Shown piece after piece: positions 15,508 through 24,411 of a stretch of DNA of 32,000 nucleotides. The first letter of the stretch is position 1, and every line of letters begins with the position of its first letter. The notes under the pieces were generated by a model, which saw only the letters and a list, made by a program, of their open reading frames with translations, had not been told where the DNA came from and did not search any database. Source of the DNA: Peristeroidobacter soli (lineage in GTDB: Bacteria > Pseudomonadota > Gammaproteobacteria > Steroidobacterales > Steroidobacteraceae); the NCBI RefSeq assembly GCF_004138485.1, contig NZ_RYEV01000004.1:338803-370802 (forward strand). The letters are read 5' to 3'. The translations under genes were made by a program, and so were the position numbers.

Positions 15508-17433
15508 TTAAAATTTTTGGCCCGCGACGAACTGCGCGTGCCACAACTGAGTGGACAGGATGCCGACGAAGGCCATGTTGTCGCGAGCCGCCGGGACTTT
15601 GGCCCGTTGCAGTTTCGCGACGAGGCGCGTGACCTTGTCGGGGTCGAAGTAGCCAGTACGCGCCAGGGCCTGTGGGCTCATCAATTCTGTCACATATTCG
15701 GGCGTCCGATCGCCCACGAACGCCGCGGCGTCCGGGGCACGATACGGTTGCTTGTGTCGCTGCAGGATGGCGGCCGGCAAGCGGTCGCGCATCGCCTGCT
15801 TGAGCAGGTGCTTCTCCTTCAGCACGCGCATCTTGTAACGCGGGTGCAGACGGTTCGCGAATTCGATCAGGCGATGATCGAGGAACGGGAAGCGCCCCTC
15901 CACCGAGCTCGCCATCAGCATGCGATCGCCCTGCGCGGAGAGCAGATAGCTCGGCAGCAGCGTCTTCGCTTCCAGATACTCACCCCGGTTGAACCGGTGC
16001 CAGCCGCGCACTTGCCCCGGCAACGAGTCGCGGAAGCGCTCCACCGCCGAGCCGTCGACCCGGCCGCGGAAATCATCCGACCAGAACAGCTTGCATTGCG
16101 CGGTGGTCGCCCAGCGCGGCAGATGCGAAAAGCACGGATCGGCCGGATTCTGCAGGCCGACCCCGAAGAATTCCTTGAGATACGCCGCACTCTGCGCCGA
16201 GGTCAGGTTCAAGTACGGATACAGGCGCTTGAGCAACGCCGGGCGCCAGCTGGACTCGGGCTGCTGTGCCCAGAAATGGCGCACCTTGGCCTCTTTGAAG
16301 ATGTCATAGCCCCCCAGCACTTCATCGGCGCCTTCGCCCGTCAACACCACTTTCACGTTCGACCGGCGCACCAGCCCCGACAGCATCTGCATGGGCGCCG
16401 GCGCAGTGCGCAGGACGGGCATTTCGCTGTGATGGATGGTTCGCGGGAACGCGTTGGCGATATCCGCGGTCGAGCACTGGATGTGATTGTGAGAGGTTCG
16501 CAGGTAATCGACGACTGTACGTTGGTGCACGGATTCATCGAGACCGGCATCGTCGAAGCCGATGGAGAACGTGCGCAGGGTCTGCGGCACGCGCTCCTGT
16601 AATAACGCGACCAGCGTCGAGGAGTCCAGACCGCCGGACAGATAGGCACCGACCGGCACGTCCGCACGCAGGCGCAGACGCGTGGCATCGGACAGCACCT
16701 CACGCAGCTCCTGCTCCAGATCGGCCTGCGCCCCATGACGATGCGCGCCGGCTTCCGGAAAGCTCCACTCCCAATACTGACGGCGCTTCACGCTGCCGTT
16801 CTCGACGATGAGCATTTCACCCGGCGCGAGCTGATTCACGCCCTTGAACATGGTGCGCGGGGCGAGCGGCGCCCAGAACGTCATCAGCTCATCGAGTCCG
16901 TTCGGATCGAGCTCGGCCTTGACGGCGCCGCTGGCGAGAATGGACTTCACCTCGGAGGCGAACACCAGCTCGTCGCGAGTTTGTGCGTAATACAGAGGCA
17001 ATATTCCAGCGCGATCGCGCGCCAGCACCAGGCGACGCTTGGGCCGATCCCAGATCGCGAACGCGAACTGACCGTTCAACTGATCGACGAACCGGTCACC
17101 GAACTCCTCGTACATGTGCACGATCACTTCGGTGTCGGAGTGGGTATAGAACTGGTGACCGCGCGCCTCGAGGTCCTGGCGCAGCTCGATGTAATTGAAG
17201 ATCTCGCCGTTGTAGGTGATCCACACGGTGCGCTTGCCGTTGTGGATGGGCTGCGCGCCGCCGCCCAGATCGATGATGCTGAGACGCGCGTGGCCCAGGC
17301 CGACGCCGGGCTCGACGTGATAGCCGTCGCCATCCGGGCCCCGGTGCGCAATGGCCTTGACCATCCGCTCCAGACGGCTCTGCTCAGGCGCCCGCTGCGC
17401 GTCGAAATATAGGGTGCCTGCTATGCCACACAT
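15508..17433 (-). CDS. Asparagine synthase (glutamine-hydrolysing)-family amidotransferase, exosortase A system-associated type
   Basis: The start is moved to the Met-Cys at 17433 (MCGIAGTLYF), because the Ntn glutaminase needs Cys2; the track's 14-aa extension is rejected. The synthetase domain has the SGGLDSS PP-loop. Length is 641 aa. Confidence 0.9.
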   Translation of the reverse strand: MCGIAGTLYFDAQRAPEQSRLERMVKAIAHRGPDGDGYHVEPGVGLGHARLSIIDLGGGAQPIHNGKRTVWITYNGEIFNYIELRQDLEARGHQFYTHSDTEVIVHMYEEFGDRFVDQLNGQFAFAIWDRPKRRLVLARDRAGILPLYYAQTRDELVFASEVKSILASGAVKAELDPNGLDELMTFWAPLAPRTMFKGVNQLAPGEMLIVENGSVKRRQYWEWSFPEAGAHRHGAQADLEQELREVLSDATRLRLRADVPVGAYLSGGLDSSTLVALLQERVPQTLRTFSIGFDDAGLDESVHQRTVVDYLRTSHNHIQCSTADIANAFPRTIHHSEMPVLRTAPAPMQMLSGLVRRSNVKVVLTGEGADEVLGGYDIFKEAKVRHFWAQQPESSWRPALLKRLYPYLNLTSAQSAAYLKEFFGVGLQNPADPCFSHLPRWATTAQCKLFWSDDFRGRVDGSAVERFRDSLPGQVRGWHRFNRGEYLEAKTLLPSYLLSAQGDRMLMASSVEGRFPFLDHRLIEFANRLHPRYKMRVLKEKHLLKQAMRDRLPAAILQRHKQPYRAPDAAAFVGDRTPEYVTELMSPQALARTGYFDPDKVTRLVAKLQRAKVPAARDNMAFVGILSTQLWHAQFVAGQKF

Positions 17434-17555
17434 GCTGTTGAGTCGACTGAAAAGCTCGTCCGGCGCGAGCGGCAATTGTCCGGGATTTCGCTTTTTGCGG
17501 CGTGACCGGGGTCACGAGCACAGGCCGTGAACTGTCAGGCCCGGCGACACTCGCG

Positions 17556-18671
17556 CTATTCGCGTCCCGCCGCTGCCTGTCTGGCCTGGTTCCTTGCCCG
17601 CAAACGCTGCGCGAAGGCTCTCATTATGTCAGCGCCCAAGGCAACCATCCCTCGGCCGTTGTACGGATAGAATGCCAAGGTGCGATAGGCCCGCTCCTGC
17701 CGGGTCCAGATCGACAGCCACGGCTCGGCGCTGCCCAGCATCTCGAACGAGCTCAAGCGCTCCTCGAAGGCCGCATGCAGCGCGTCCCACATCAGCTGGA
17801 TGCCGGGTGAATGCTCGGCCCAGCGCTCGTCATAGCCGATCTTGAGCACCCACCAGCGCCCGGCATGCACGACGCCAATCTGCATGGCGATGGGCACGCC
17901 CTCCAGTCGCAGGAAGCACACTCGCAACTGCCCCTGTCGCGCCAGCCGTTGGGCGAGCTGCAGGAAAAATCCGCTCAGCCGGGAATTGGTCAGCAGGGCG
18001 CTGCCACCCCGGCCCTTCCAGCTCGCCGCCTCGACCCTCATGGCCTCGGCCATCGTGGACTCGACGGTATCCGGCCCGGGTTTGAGAATCTGGACATTGA
18101 CCGAGCCTGCCTTCTCGAGATTGCGACGCGCCCGGCGATAGTCCTGGCGCCGGCGCGACGACAGGCTCTGTAAATACTCCTCCCAGTTGGAAGTGATGGG
18201 CACGAACGGCGAGCCGGAGGCTTTGAACTCGAGCAACTGGCCCCGGCCGCGCGCGGCGCGCTTGAATGTTTTCAGCAGCGCCCCGTCGGCTTCGATCCGC
18301 TGCAGGACCAGCGGTCGGCCCAGGCCGATGACGGATCGACACAGCGCCGCCAGCGCGTCGTCGTCGCGATAGCCGAAGCCACAGGGCTCGAACAAGGTGG
18401 TCGCGCCGAGAATTTCCAGCCGCTCGACACCGCCCCCGTTCGTGACCCCCAGCGGCGCCAGCGCGACGATGTCATCGCCGCTTCGTGCCTGGACCACGCG
18501 CAACGCATCGGCGCCGTACAAACGTTCGGCGGCGACCAGCGTCCAATCGACGGATTGAGTGAATTCCTGCGCGATCTGCGGCAGCTGACGCCAGCGCGTC
18601 GCGAGCTCATCGGGGGAGTCGATCCGGCGCAGCGTCTCGACGGTGTAACTCGCCGCTGCGCCCCGGCTCAT
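17556..18671 (-). CDS. CelD/BioF2-like (FemAB-superfamily, GNAT-fold) acyltransferase
   Basis: 371-aa ORF. Contains WRQL near the N-terminus, RRRQDYRRARRNLEK, and ...LKIGYDERWAEHSPG, typical of the Acetyltransf_6-type domain. The start overlaps the upstream stop (ATGA). Confidence 0.75.
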   Translation of the reverse strand: MSRGAAASYTVETLRRIDSPDELATRWRQLPQIAQEFTQSVDWTLVAAERLYGADALRVVQARSGDDIVALAPLGVTNGGGVERLEILGATTLFEPCGFGYRDDDALAALCRSVIGLGRPLVLQRIEADGALLKTFKRAARGRGQLLEFKASGSPFVPITSNWEEYLQSLSSRRRQDYRRARRNLEKAGSVNVQILKPGPDTVESTMAEAMRVEAASWKGRGGSALLTNSRLSGFFLQLAQRLARQGQLRVCFLRLEGVPIAMQIGVVHAGRWWVLKIGYDERWAEHSPGIQLMWDALHAAFEERLSSFEMLGSAEPWLSIWTRQERAYRTLAFYPYNGRGMVALGADIMRAFAQRLRARNQARQAAAGRE

Positions 18672-19753
18672 TGCTGAGAAACGCGAGCCGCCAGCTCACG
18701 CGCGCCATTCAACGTCGCGCGCATGCCCCGCAGCCCCCAGCCACTGCCAGGAATGCTGGCCAACAATCGCAGCACCGACTCCTGGATGGATTTGCGCTCG
18801 GTATCGATCGAGGCGGCACGTTTGAGATAGGCACGCGCCTGGCCGCGACGGGCCGACAACAAATCCCGCCTCGCCGCCTGTAACAACAACCCGCGCTGCA
18901 CTTCATCGACCTTGTCGCCGAGCTTCGAATAGAACTCCCTATCGGCGCGCCACACCCGATCGATCATCGCGATCCGTCGGCCCAGTCGCACGCCCGGGTC
19001 GCCCCGAGTCAAACGCACGGCGTCCTCGTGACTGCGGTTGTAGGTGGTGGAGAGGTTCGTGTACACGCAGCCGCTCTGCTTCGAGAAGCGCGCGAAGAAT
19101 TCCCAATCGCCGCAGGTTGCGATGATTTCGGGCAGGCGCAGCTGGCCCAGCGCCGATTTGCGAATCAACGAGGCACTCGGCAGGACGTACGGACAGACCA
19201 GCGACGAGGCATAGATATCGCCACCGCAGACCATGAATTCCTCGCTCGGCACCTGCAACTGCGGCATTCCTTTGATGGACGCGAACGAGCGCTCCCAGCG
19301 ATAGGGTTCGATGCGACCCGGCACGTGATCGAGCCAGGTGCTCAGACCATCCGTGATCGGCAGGACATCCGACTCCGGCGTCGGGCCTTTGAAGATCAGG
19401 AAATTCGAGAACGTGAAGCCCACGTCGTTGAAATAGCGCAGCAGCGCGACCTGCAATTCGAGCTTGTAGGGCGCCCACAGATCGTCGCTGTCGAGCAGCG
19501 CGAGATACTCGCCTCTCGCTTGTTTGATGCCGAGATTGCGCGCGGCATTCACACCTGCGTTGGGGCGGCGCGTGTAGCGGATGCGATCGCCGTACTTCTG
19601 CACGGCGGCGGTGGTGTCGTCGGTCGAACCATCGTCGATGACGATGATCTCGGTGTTTTGATACGTCTGCGCCAATACCGTGTCGATCGCTTCGCAAACC
19701 AAAGCGGCACGGTTGTACGTCGGAATGACGACACTGACCAGCGGTGCACTCAT
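18668..19753 (-). CDS. Glycosyltransferase family 2
   Basis: 361-aa ORF. Contains VSVVIPTYNRA, IVIDDGSTDDT and LLDSDDLW (DxD). There are ATGA overlaps at both ends. Confidence 0.9.
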   Translation of the reverse strand: MSAPLVSVVIPTYNRAALVCEAIDTVLAQTYQNTEIIVIDDGSTDDTTAAVQKYGDRIRYTRRPNAGVNAARNLGIKQARGEYLALLDSDDLWAPYKLELQVALLRYFNDVGFTFSNFLIFKGPTPESDVLPITDGLSTWLDHVPGRIEPYRWERSFASIKGMPQLQVPSEEFMVCGGDIYASSLVCPYVLPSASLIRKSALGQLRLPEIIATCGDWEFFARFSKQSGCVYTNLSTTYNRSHEDAVRLTRGDPGVRLGRRIAMIDRVWRADREFYSKLGDKVDEVQRGLLLQAARRDLLSARRGQARAYLKRAASIDTERKSIQESVLRLLASIPGSGWGLRGMRATLNGARELAARVSQQ

Positions 19754-21078
19754 GAGGACGGATCCGTCGTCTTCGATGTTTCAGCCGCCGCTTCCTTGTT
19801 CGCATATGGCGAGGGCCGCGGGCGATTCAACTTGCGACGCAGGCGACCCAGATTCCGCCGCACCCAGCGCCAGCCAGTGGCGCGCAGCGCGTTCGGCAGG
19901 CTGTGATAGATGCTCACCGTCACGTTGCTGCGAGACACGTTGGCGAAGCGATCCTTGAAGGCCTCCTCGCCGATGGTGAAGTCGAGCTCGACTCGCGAGC
20001 GCTGCAGGCCGTCCTCGATGATCTTGCGGGTCAGCAGCAACCCCGGTGAATGTTCGGCGTACTGCACTTCGAAGGACGGCTTGTACCAGATGATGCTGCC
20101 GAAATAATCGAAGCCGAAATGAAACGCGATCGGCTGGCCGTTGAACTCGACCACCGAGAACAGCAGCCAGCCCGCCGAATGCAGCGCTGCTGCGAGGGCC
20201 AGATAGAACGTGCGCTGGCTGCCCGCATCGAACAGGCTCGGCCGTCCGGCGGCGTGCCAGCGACGCGCATGCTGATCGAAGAACGCCGGCAGCAGCGCCT
20301 GAATCTCGCTCAGCGCCGACACGTTGCGAAAGCGCACTTCGCCGCGCGAGGAAAACCAGTTGAGCGGCCGCTTGAGGCTGTATTTCTTGAGCAGCTTCTC
20401 GGCACCGGGACGATCGGCTTCCAGCCGCAACGCCGGGCAGCGCAGTTGCGCTTCCTGGACGAAATACAGACCGCGCCCCTCGCCCGCCTTGTGCAGCTCA
20501 TCGAGCGTGCTCGACTGGCTCGGCACATTGCTCAGCCAGCAACTGCGCCAGCGCGAGGCATGCGCACGCAGAAATTTACATATGCTGACGATGGCTGCCG
20601 GCTTGTCGTAAGGGAGCACGAAGTCCTGGTAGTCGGCATTGCCGGTACCGACGAACTCCAGCCGCCGGCCGTGCCAGGCGAGACGGTGGATCATCATGGC
20701 GCCGAAGCCGATGACGCGGCCTTCCCGCCGCAGCAGCAGGAAGAACAATTCGTGGGCCGAGCCGAAGGTCTGCCACCAGGCGTCGAACCATTCGTAGGTC
20801 TGGAAGATCGAATTGGTCTCGTTATGGGAGACCAGGTCGTTCCATTCCTGGGCGGTCAGCGGGATTTGCTCGCGTCGCTCGATCAGCTCGACGGCGATGG
20901 GGGCATTGCTGGAGACATCCGTCGCCAACGGCCGCACGACGGCCGGGGCATCCACGCCACCCGTCAAAGCCGCCGCGCTTACCGACAATGAAGCCATTGC
21001 GGTCCCTGCAGGAACAGAACGCATCGACATGCACCCGAGGTGGCGTTGCTGAGAGATTTTGTCGCCACACCCCGACAC
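19750..21078 (-). CDS. CelD/BioF2-like (FemAB-superfamily, GNAT-fold) acyltransferase, second copy
   Basis: Contains EWNDLVSHNETNSIFQTYEWFDAWWQTFG and ...WYKPSFEVQYAEHSPG. The start is uncertain: GTG at 21078 (the longest ORF) or ATG at 21030, 21024 or 20997. The N-terminal ~30-55 aa have no counterpart in the paralog. Confidence 0.7.
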   Translation of the reverse strand: MSGCGDKISQQRHLGCMSMRSVPAGTAMASLSVSAAALTGGVDAPAVVRPLATDVSSNAPIAVELIERREQIPLTAQEWNDLVSHNETNSIFQTYEWFDAWWQTFGSAHELFFLLLRREGRVIGFGAMMIHRLAWHGRRLEFVGTGNADYQDFVLPYDKPAAIVSICKFLRAHASRWRSCWLSNVPSQSSTLDELHKAGEGRGLYFVQEAQLRCPALRLEADRPGAEKLLKKYSLKRPLNWFSSRGEVRFRNVSALSEIQALLPAFFDQHARRWHAAGRPSLFDAGSQRTFYLALAAALHSAGWLLFSVVEFNGQPIAFHFGFDYFGSIIWYKPSFEVQYAEHSPGLLLTRKIIEDGLQRSRVELDFTIGEEAFKDRFANVSRSNVTVSIYHSLPNALRATGWRWVRRNLGRLRRKLNRPRPSPYANKEAAAETSKTTDPSS

Positions 21079-21114
21079 GATACGCCATGCCCGCGGGCGT
21101 GGCTGTTCACCACG

Positions 21115-22017
21115 TCACACGGACGCTGCGGCGAGTCGACCGACCTGGGCGGCCTCGAGCTGAGAACGCAGCACTTCCTTGACGGTGGTGAACCTGAATT
21201 CACCGATCAGCTTCGCCAGCCGCGCCTCACACACATCCAGGTTCGTGTAATGGCGGAATCTGGATAGCCAGCTCGCGTTGAAGCGCGGCTGCTCCGCGTC
21301 GATCTCCCACGGATGCAGGTAGAAGATGAACGGCTGCTGCTGTCGTTCGTTAATGGAACGCAGGCCCCAGCGCGTGAACCAGTACGGCAGCAAGCGGAAA
21401 TAGCCGCCGCCCGCGACCGGCACGCGCCGGCCGAACAACTCGGCCGTCGACAACGGAAACTCGACGATGCTCTGACCATTCTTTGCATGCATCAGTCCGG
21501 GGCGCGTCGAGGCGCCCGGAATTCCATAACGATCGTGCGCGATCGGAAAAATACTGGAGTCGTAACGGAAGCCCAACTCACAAAGGATGTCGATGGCCCA
21601 CAACGAACGTGCGGTGATCGAATAACTCGCCGCGCGATAGCCGAGCACCGGCGCGCCGATCAGATCCTCCAGCATCGCTTTGGACTCGCGCGTCTCCTGA
21701 CGAAACACTTCCGGCGTCTGCCGATACACCAGTTCGTGCGTCAGACCGTGACAGGCGACCTCGTGACCTGCCGCGTGAATGCGCTTGATCAGTTCCGGGG
21801 AGCGCTTCGCGACCCAGCCGAGCACGAAGAACGTCGCGCGCACGCCGTTCCTGCCGAATAGTTCCAGCAAACGATGGGTGCTCTGCTCGGCGCGATATTC
21901 CATCGCGTCCCATTGATCGCGCCGGATGACTTCCGCCAGCGCGGAGACATGGAAGTAATCTTCCACATCCACGGTCATGGCATTCGCGGTCATCGTGGTG
22001 TCGTGCCTCTGACTCAT
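21115..22017 (-). CDS. Polysaccharide deacetylase, PEP-CTERM-locus subfamily
   Basis: 300-aa ORF. MTVDVEDYFHV, ATFFVLGW and HEVACHGLTHE match the XrtA/PEP-CTERM-locus deacetylase family as I recall it (TIGR03006). ATGA overlap with the upstream gene. Confidence 0.85.
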   Translation of the reverse strand: MSQRHDTTMTANAMTVDVEDYFHVSALAEVIRRDQWDAMEYRAEQSTHRLLELFGRNGVRATFFVLGWVAKRSPELIKRIHAAGHEVACHGLTHELVYRQTPEVFRQETRESKAMLEDLIGAPVLGYRAASYSITARSLWAIDILCELGFRYDSSIFPIAHDRYGIPGASTRPGLMHAKNGQSIVEFPLSTAELFGRRVPVAGGGYFRLLPYWFTRWGLRSINERQQQPFIFYLHPWEIDAEQPRFNASWLSRFRHYTNLDVCEARLAKLIGEFRFTTVKEVLRSQLEAAQVGRLAAASV

Positions 22018-23342
22018 CGGAAACCGCCACCTGCGGCGGACGCGTCCTGAGCGCCCCAGTAATAAGCGAGCGTGACGAAGGCCCGGTTTTCAGTGAACTC
22101 GTTGTTGCCGTCGCGAGTGTTGCGGTCGTAGCGCTCGAGCATGAAGCGCATGCCCAATCGGCTCCACGCACGCCAGTTCAGCGTCGCGGCGAAGCGCAGC
22201 TCATCGTTCTCCTGGTCCGCATTCACGAACTTCTCATTGTCCAGGGTCGCTCGCAGATCGAGCGTCAAGGTGCTCGCCATGCGTCGTGAGACCCCGGCCG
22301 TGAAGCTGCTGCGCTTGCTGTCGAATTGGGTGGCGGACTCGTAGCTGTCTTTGGTGTGCGAACCACCGAGCAGGAAGCTGGTACGGCCGCGCAGATAGGT
22401 CCATTCCAAAGATACCAGCTGGCTCTTGAACGGATCGGACGTGGCGGTGATTTGACCCGCGCCGCCACCGACCACGTTGCCCGTCAGCTGCGCACGCAGC
22501 GAGTCGCCCGCGTCGCCCAACTGTTGGCCGAGCGTCAGGCGCAAGGTCGACGCCGCCGTCAGTTCGCGCGTCACGAATATATTGATCAGCGCGCTGCCCT
22601 GCTTGTCGCTGCCATCGCGCTGCAGCCAGGTGTAGCCCACGTTGGCGTCGATGGTGGTGCGCGAGCCATCCAGACCCCAGCCGACGAACACGCTGTCACG
22701 ATCGTAGTCGGTATTGAATGCATCGGCGAAATCGACGCTCTCGGTCACCGCATTCAACGACAGCTCGGTGCGCGGATTGGGGCGACGGCCGATCGCGAGG
22801 CCCGCGGTGGTGCGCTCGGCATCGAGCGGACTGTCCTGATAGTTCGTCGACGACCAGCGCCCGAACAACCGACCGAAGCCGGTCGAGCCGAAGCGCATCG
22901 TGAGATCGGGACCGGTCGAGAAATAATTCAGGTCTTCACGCGTCGCCGGCGTGCTCGCGGCGAACGGATCGGACTGCGCCTGACCGAAGGAATCCTGCAC
23001 CACCCAGTTCAGGGTCTCGGGCACGATGCCGAACGCCAATGTGCCATTGGCCGTGCCGACCACCTCGCTGTCGTAGGTGTTGTCCATGTATTCGAAATAG
23101 GAAAGATCGACGACGGCATCGCCGCGCAGACGACGCGTGCGCTCCTGCCACAGCAGGTCGAGCCCCACCGTGCCGATGGTCTCGCTGGTCTCGTCGGTGG
23201 CGACGCGGGTGATGTTGTCGGAGTAGCCGACGCCCGCTTCGGCGGAGGCGCTGATATCGGCTCGTGCCGGCGCGCCTGCGATCAACGCCATGACACCGGC
23301 CGCAGCCGGCGCTGCAACCCAATTACGCCGCGTGTGCCCCAT
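22014..23342 (-). CDS. Outer-membrane beta-barrel protein, PEP-CTERM system-associated (putative EPS porin)
   Basis: The start is moved to the ATG at 23342, with AAGG upstream. This gives the signal peptide MGHTRRNWVAAPAAAGVMALIAGAPARA|D. The longer track ORF would overlap the kinase gene by 119 nt. The mature part has alternating-hydrophobicity strands rich in G/S/T/D/Y/F throughout. Confidence 0.7.
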   Translation of the reverse strand: MGHTRRNWVAAPAAAGVMALIAGAPARADISASAEAGVGYSDNITRVATDETSETIGTVGLDLLWQERTRRLRGDAVVDLSYFEYMDNTYDSEVVGTANGTLAFGIVPETLNWVVQDSFGQAQSDPFAASTPATREDLNYFSTGPDLTMRFGSTGFGRLFGRWSSTNYQDSPLDAERTTAGLAIGRRPNPRTELSLNAVTESVDFADAFNTDYDRDSVFVGWGLDGSRTTIDANVGYTWLQRDGSDKQGSALINIFVTRELTAASTLRLTLGQQLGDAGDSLRAQLTGNVVGGGAGQITATSDPFKSQLVSLEWTYLRGRTSFLLGGSHTKDSYESATQFDSKRSSFTAGVSRRMASTLTLDLRATLDNEKFVNADQENDELRFAATLNWRAWSRLGMRFMLERYDRNTRDGNNEFTENRAFVTLAYYWGAQDASAAGGGFR

Positions 23343-23406
23343 GTACCTTGCCCTTCCCGATCGGCCATGACCCGAGTCGCGGCCATGACGTTTCTTTGAG
23401 ATCGAC

Positions 23407-24396
23407 TCAGCCGTCGGCGACGCTACGCCGCAAGGCGCCGTCGTCGCCCTCGGCGGTGTCGCCGGAACGGTCGTTATCCTTGTGGCCATAGTACTGGTAG
23501 TAATAGCCGGGACGGACCTGCTCATCGGTTTGATTCAACACCAATCCCACCGACTTGCCTTCGCCCAGAAGTTCAATGGCATCGAGCACCGCGCTTTGCG
23601 GCGTCACGCCGGCGCGTACCACCATCACGATCTGACCCACGACCGCGGACAGCGCCATCGCCTCCTGCGTGATCAGCAGCGGCGGCGAATCGAACAGCAC
23701 GATGCGGTTCGGATAGCGCACGGTGATCTGATTGGCGATCTGTTCCATGCGTGAGCTCGCGAGCAGCTCGTTGGCCGTGTCGATCGCCTTGCCGGCCGGC
23801 AGGATGCTCAGGCCCGGCACATCGGTCGGCAGGATCAGCGATTCCACATCCAGCTGCTCATCGCGCAACAGATCCATCAGACCCAGCTCGTTGTGCACGC
23901 CGAAAGTGCGGCTCAGATGCGCCTTGGCGACGTCGGCGTCGACCAGCACCACGGACAAATCCTTTTCCATCGCAAACGACAACGCCAGATTGATGCTGGT
24001 GAACGTCTTGCCGTCGCCGGGCATGGCGCTCGCGATCATGATGCGATGACCGTTCGGAATCTTCGCGACGCCCCGGCCGAGGGCATTGGCGATCAACGGA
24101 CGCTTGATCTGTCGATACTCACCGGAGAGCTGACGCTCCTGACTCAGCGGCGGCAACAGCTCCGACTGACGGAGCGCTTCGCGATCGATGTGAATCACGC
24201 GCGTCGGACGCGCCGGCTCGGGCGTCGGCACGGCGGTAACGATCGGAGCGGCATGCGTCACCGTCGGCTGCGGTGCCGGTGCGGGACGCTGCGCTTGCAG
24301 CGGCACCGTATTCAACGATGCCTGCGACGCATGTGCCGGCGGCACCTGCGAGCGCGACTCCTGAATCTTCTTCAATGCTCGTTCGACCAGACTCAT
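23407..24396 (-). CDS. epsG: BY-type tyrosine autokinase (cytoplasmic, stand-alone), PEP-CTERM locus type
   Basis: 329-aa ORF with GGAG 7 nt upstream. Walker A is SAMPGDGKTFTS, Walker A' is VVLVDADV and Walker B is IVLFDSPP. A C-terminal Tyr cluster (GYYYQYYGH) is present. Confidence 0.85.
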   Translation of the reverse strand: MSLVERALKKIQESRSQVPPAHASQASLNTVPLQAQRPAPAPQPTVTHAAPIVTAVPTPEPARPTRVIHIDREALRQSELLPPLSQERQLSGEYRQIKRPLIANALGRGVAKIPNGHRIMIASAMPGDGKTFTSINLALSFAMEKDLSVVLVDADVAKAHLSRTFGVHNELGLMDLLRDEQLDVESLILPTDVPGLSILPAGKAIDTANELLASSRMEQIANQITVRYPNRIVLFDSPPLLITQEAMALSAVVGQIVMVVRAGVTPQSAVLDAIELLGEGKSVGLVLNQTDEQVRPGYYYQYYGHKDNDRSGDTAEGDDGALRRSVADG

Positions 24397-24411
24397 CGTC
24401 CACTCCGGGCG

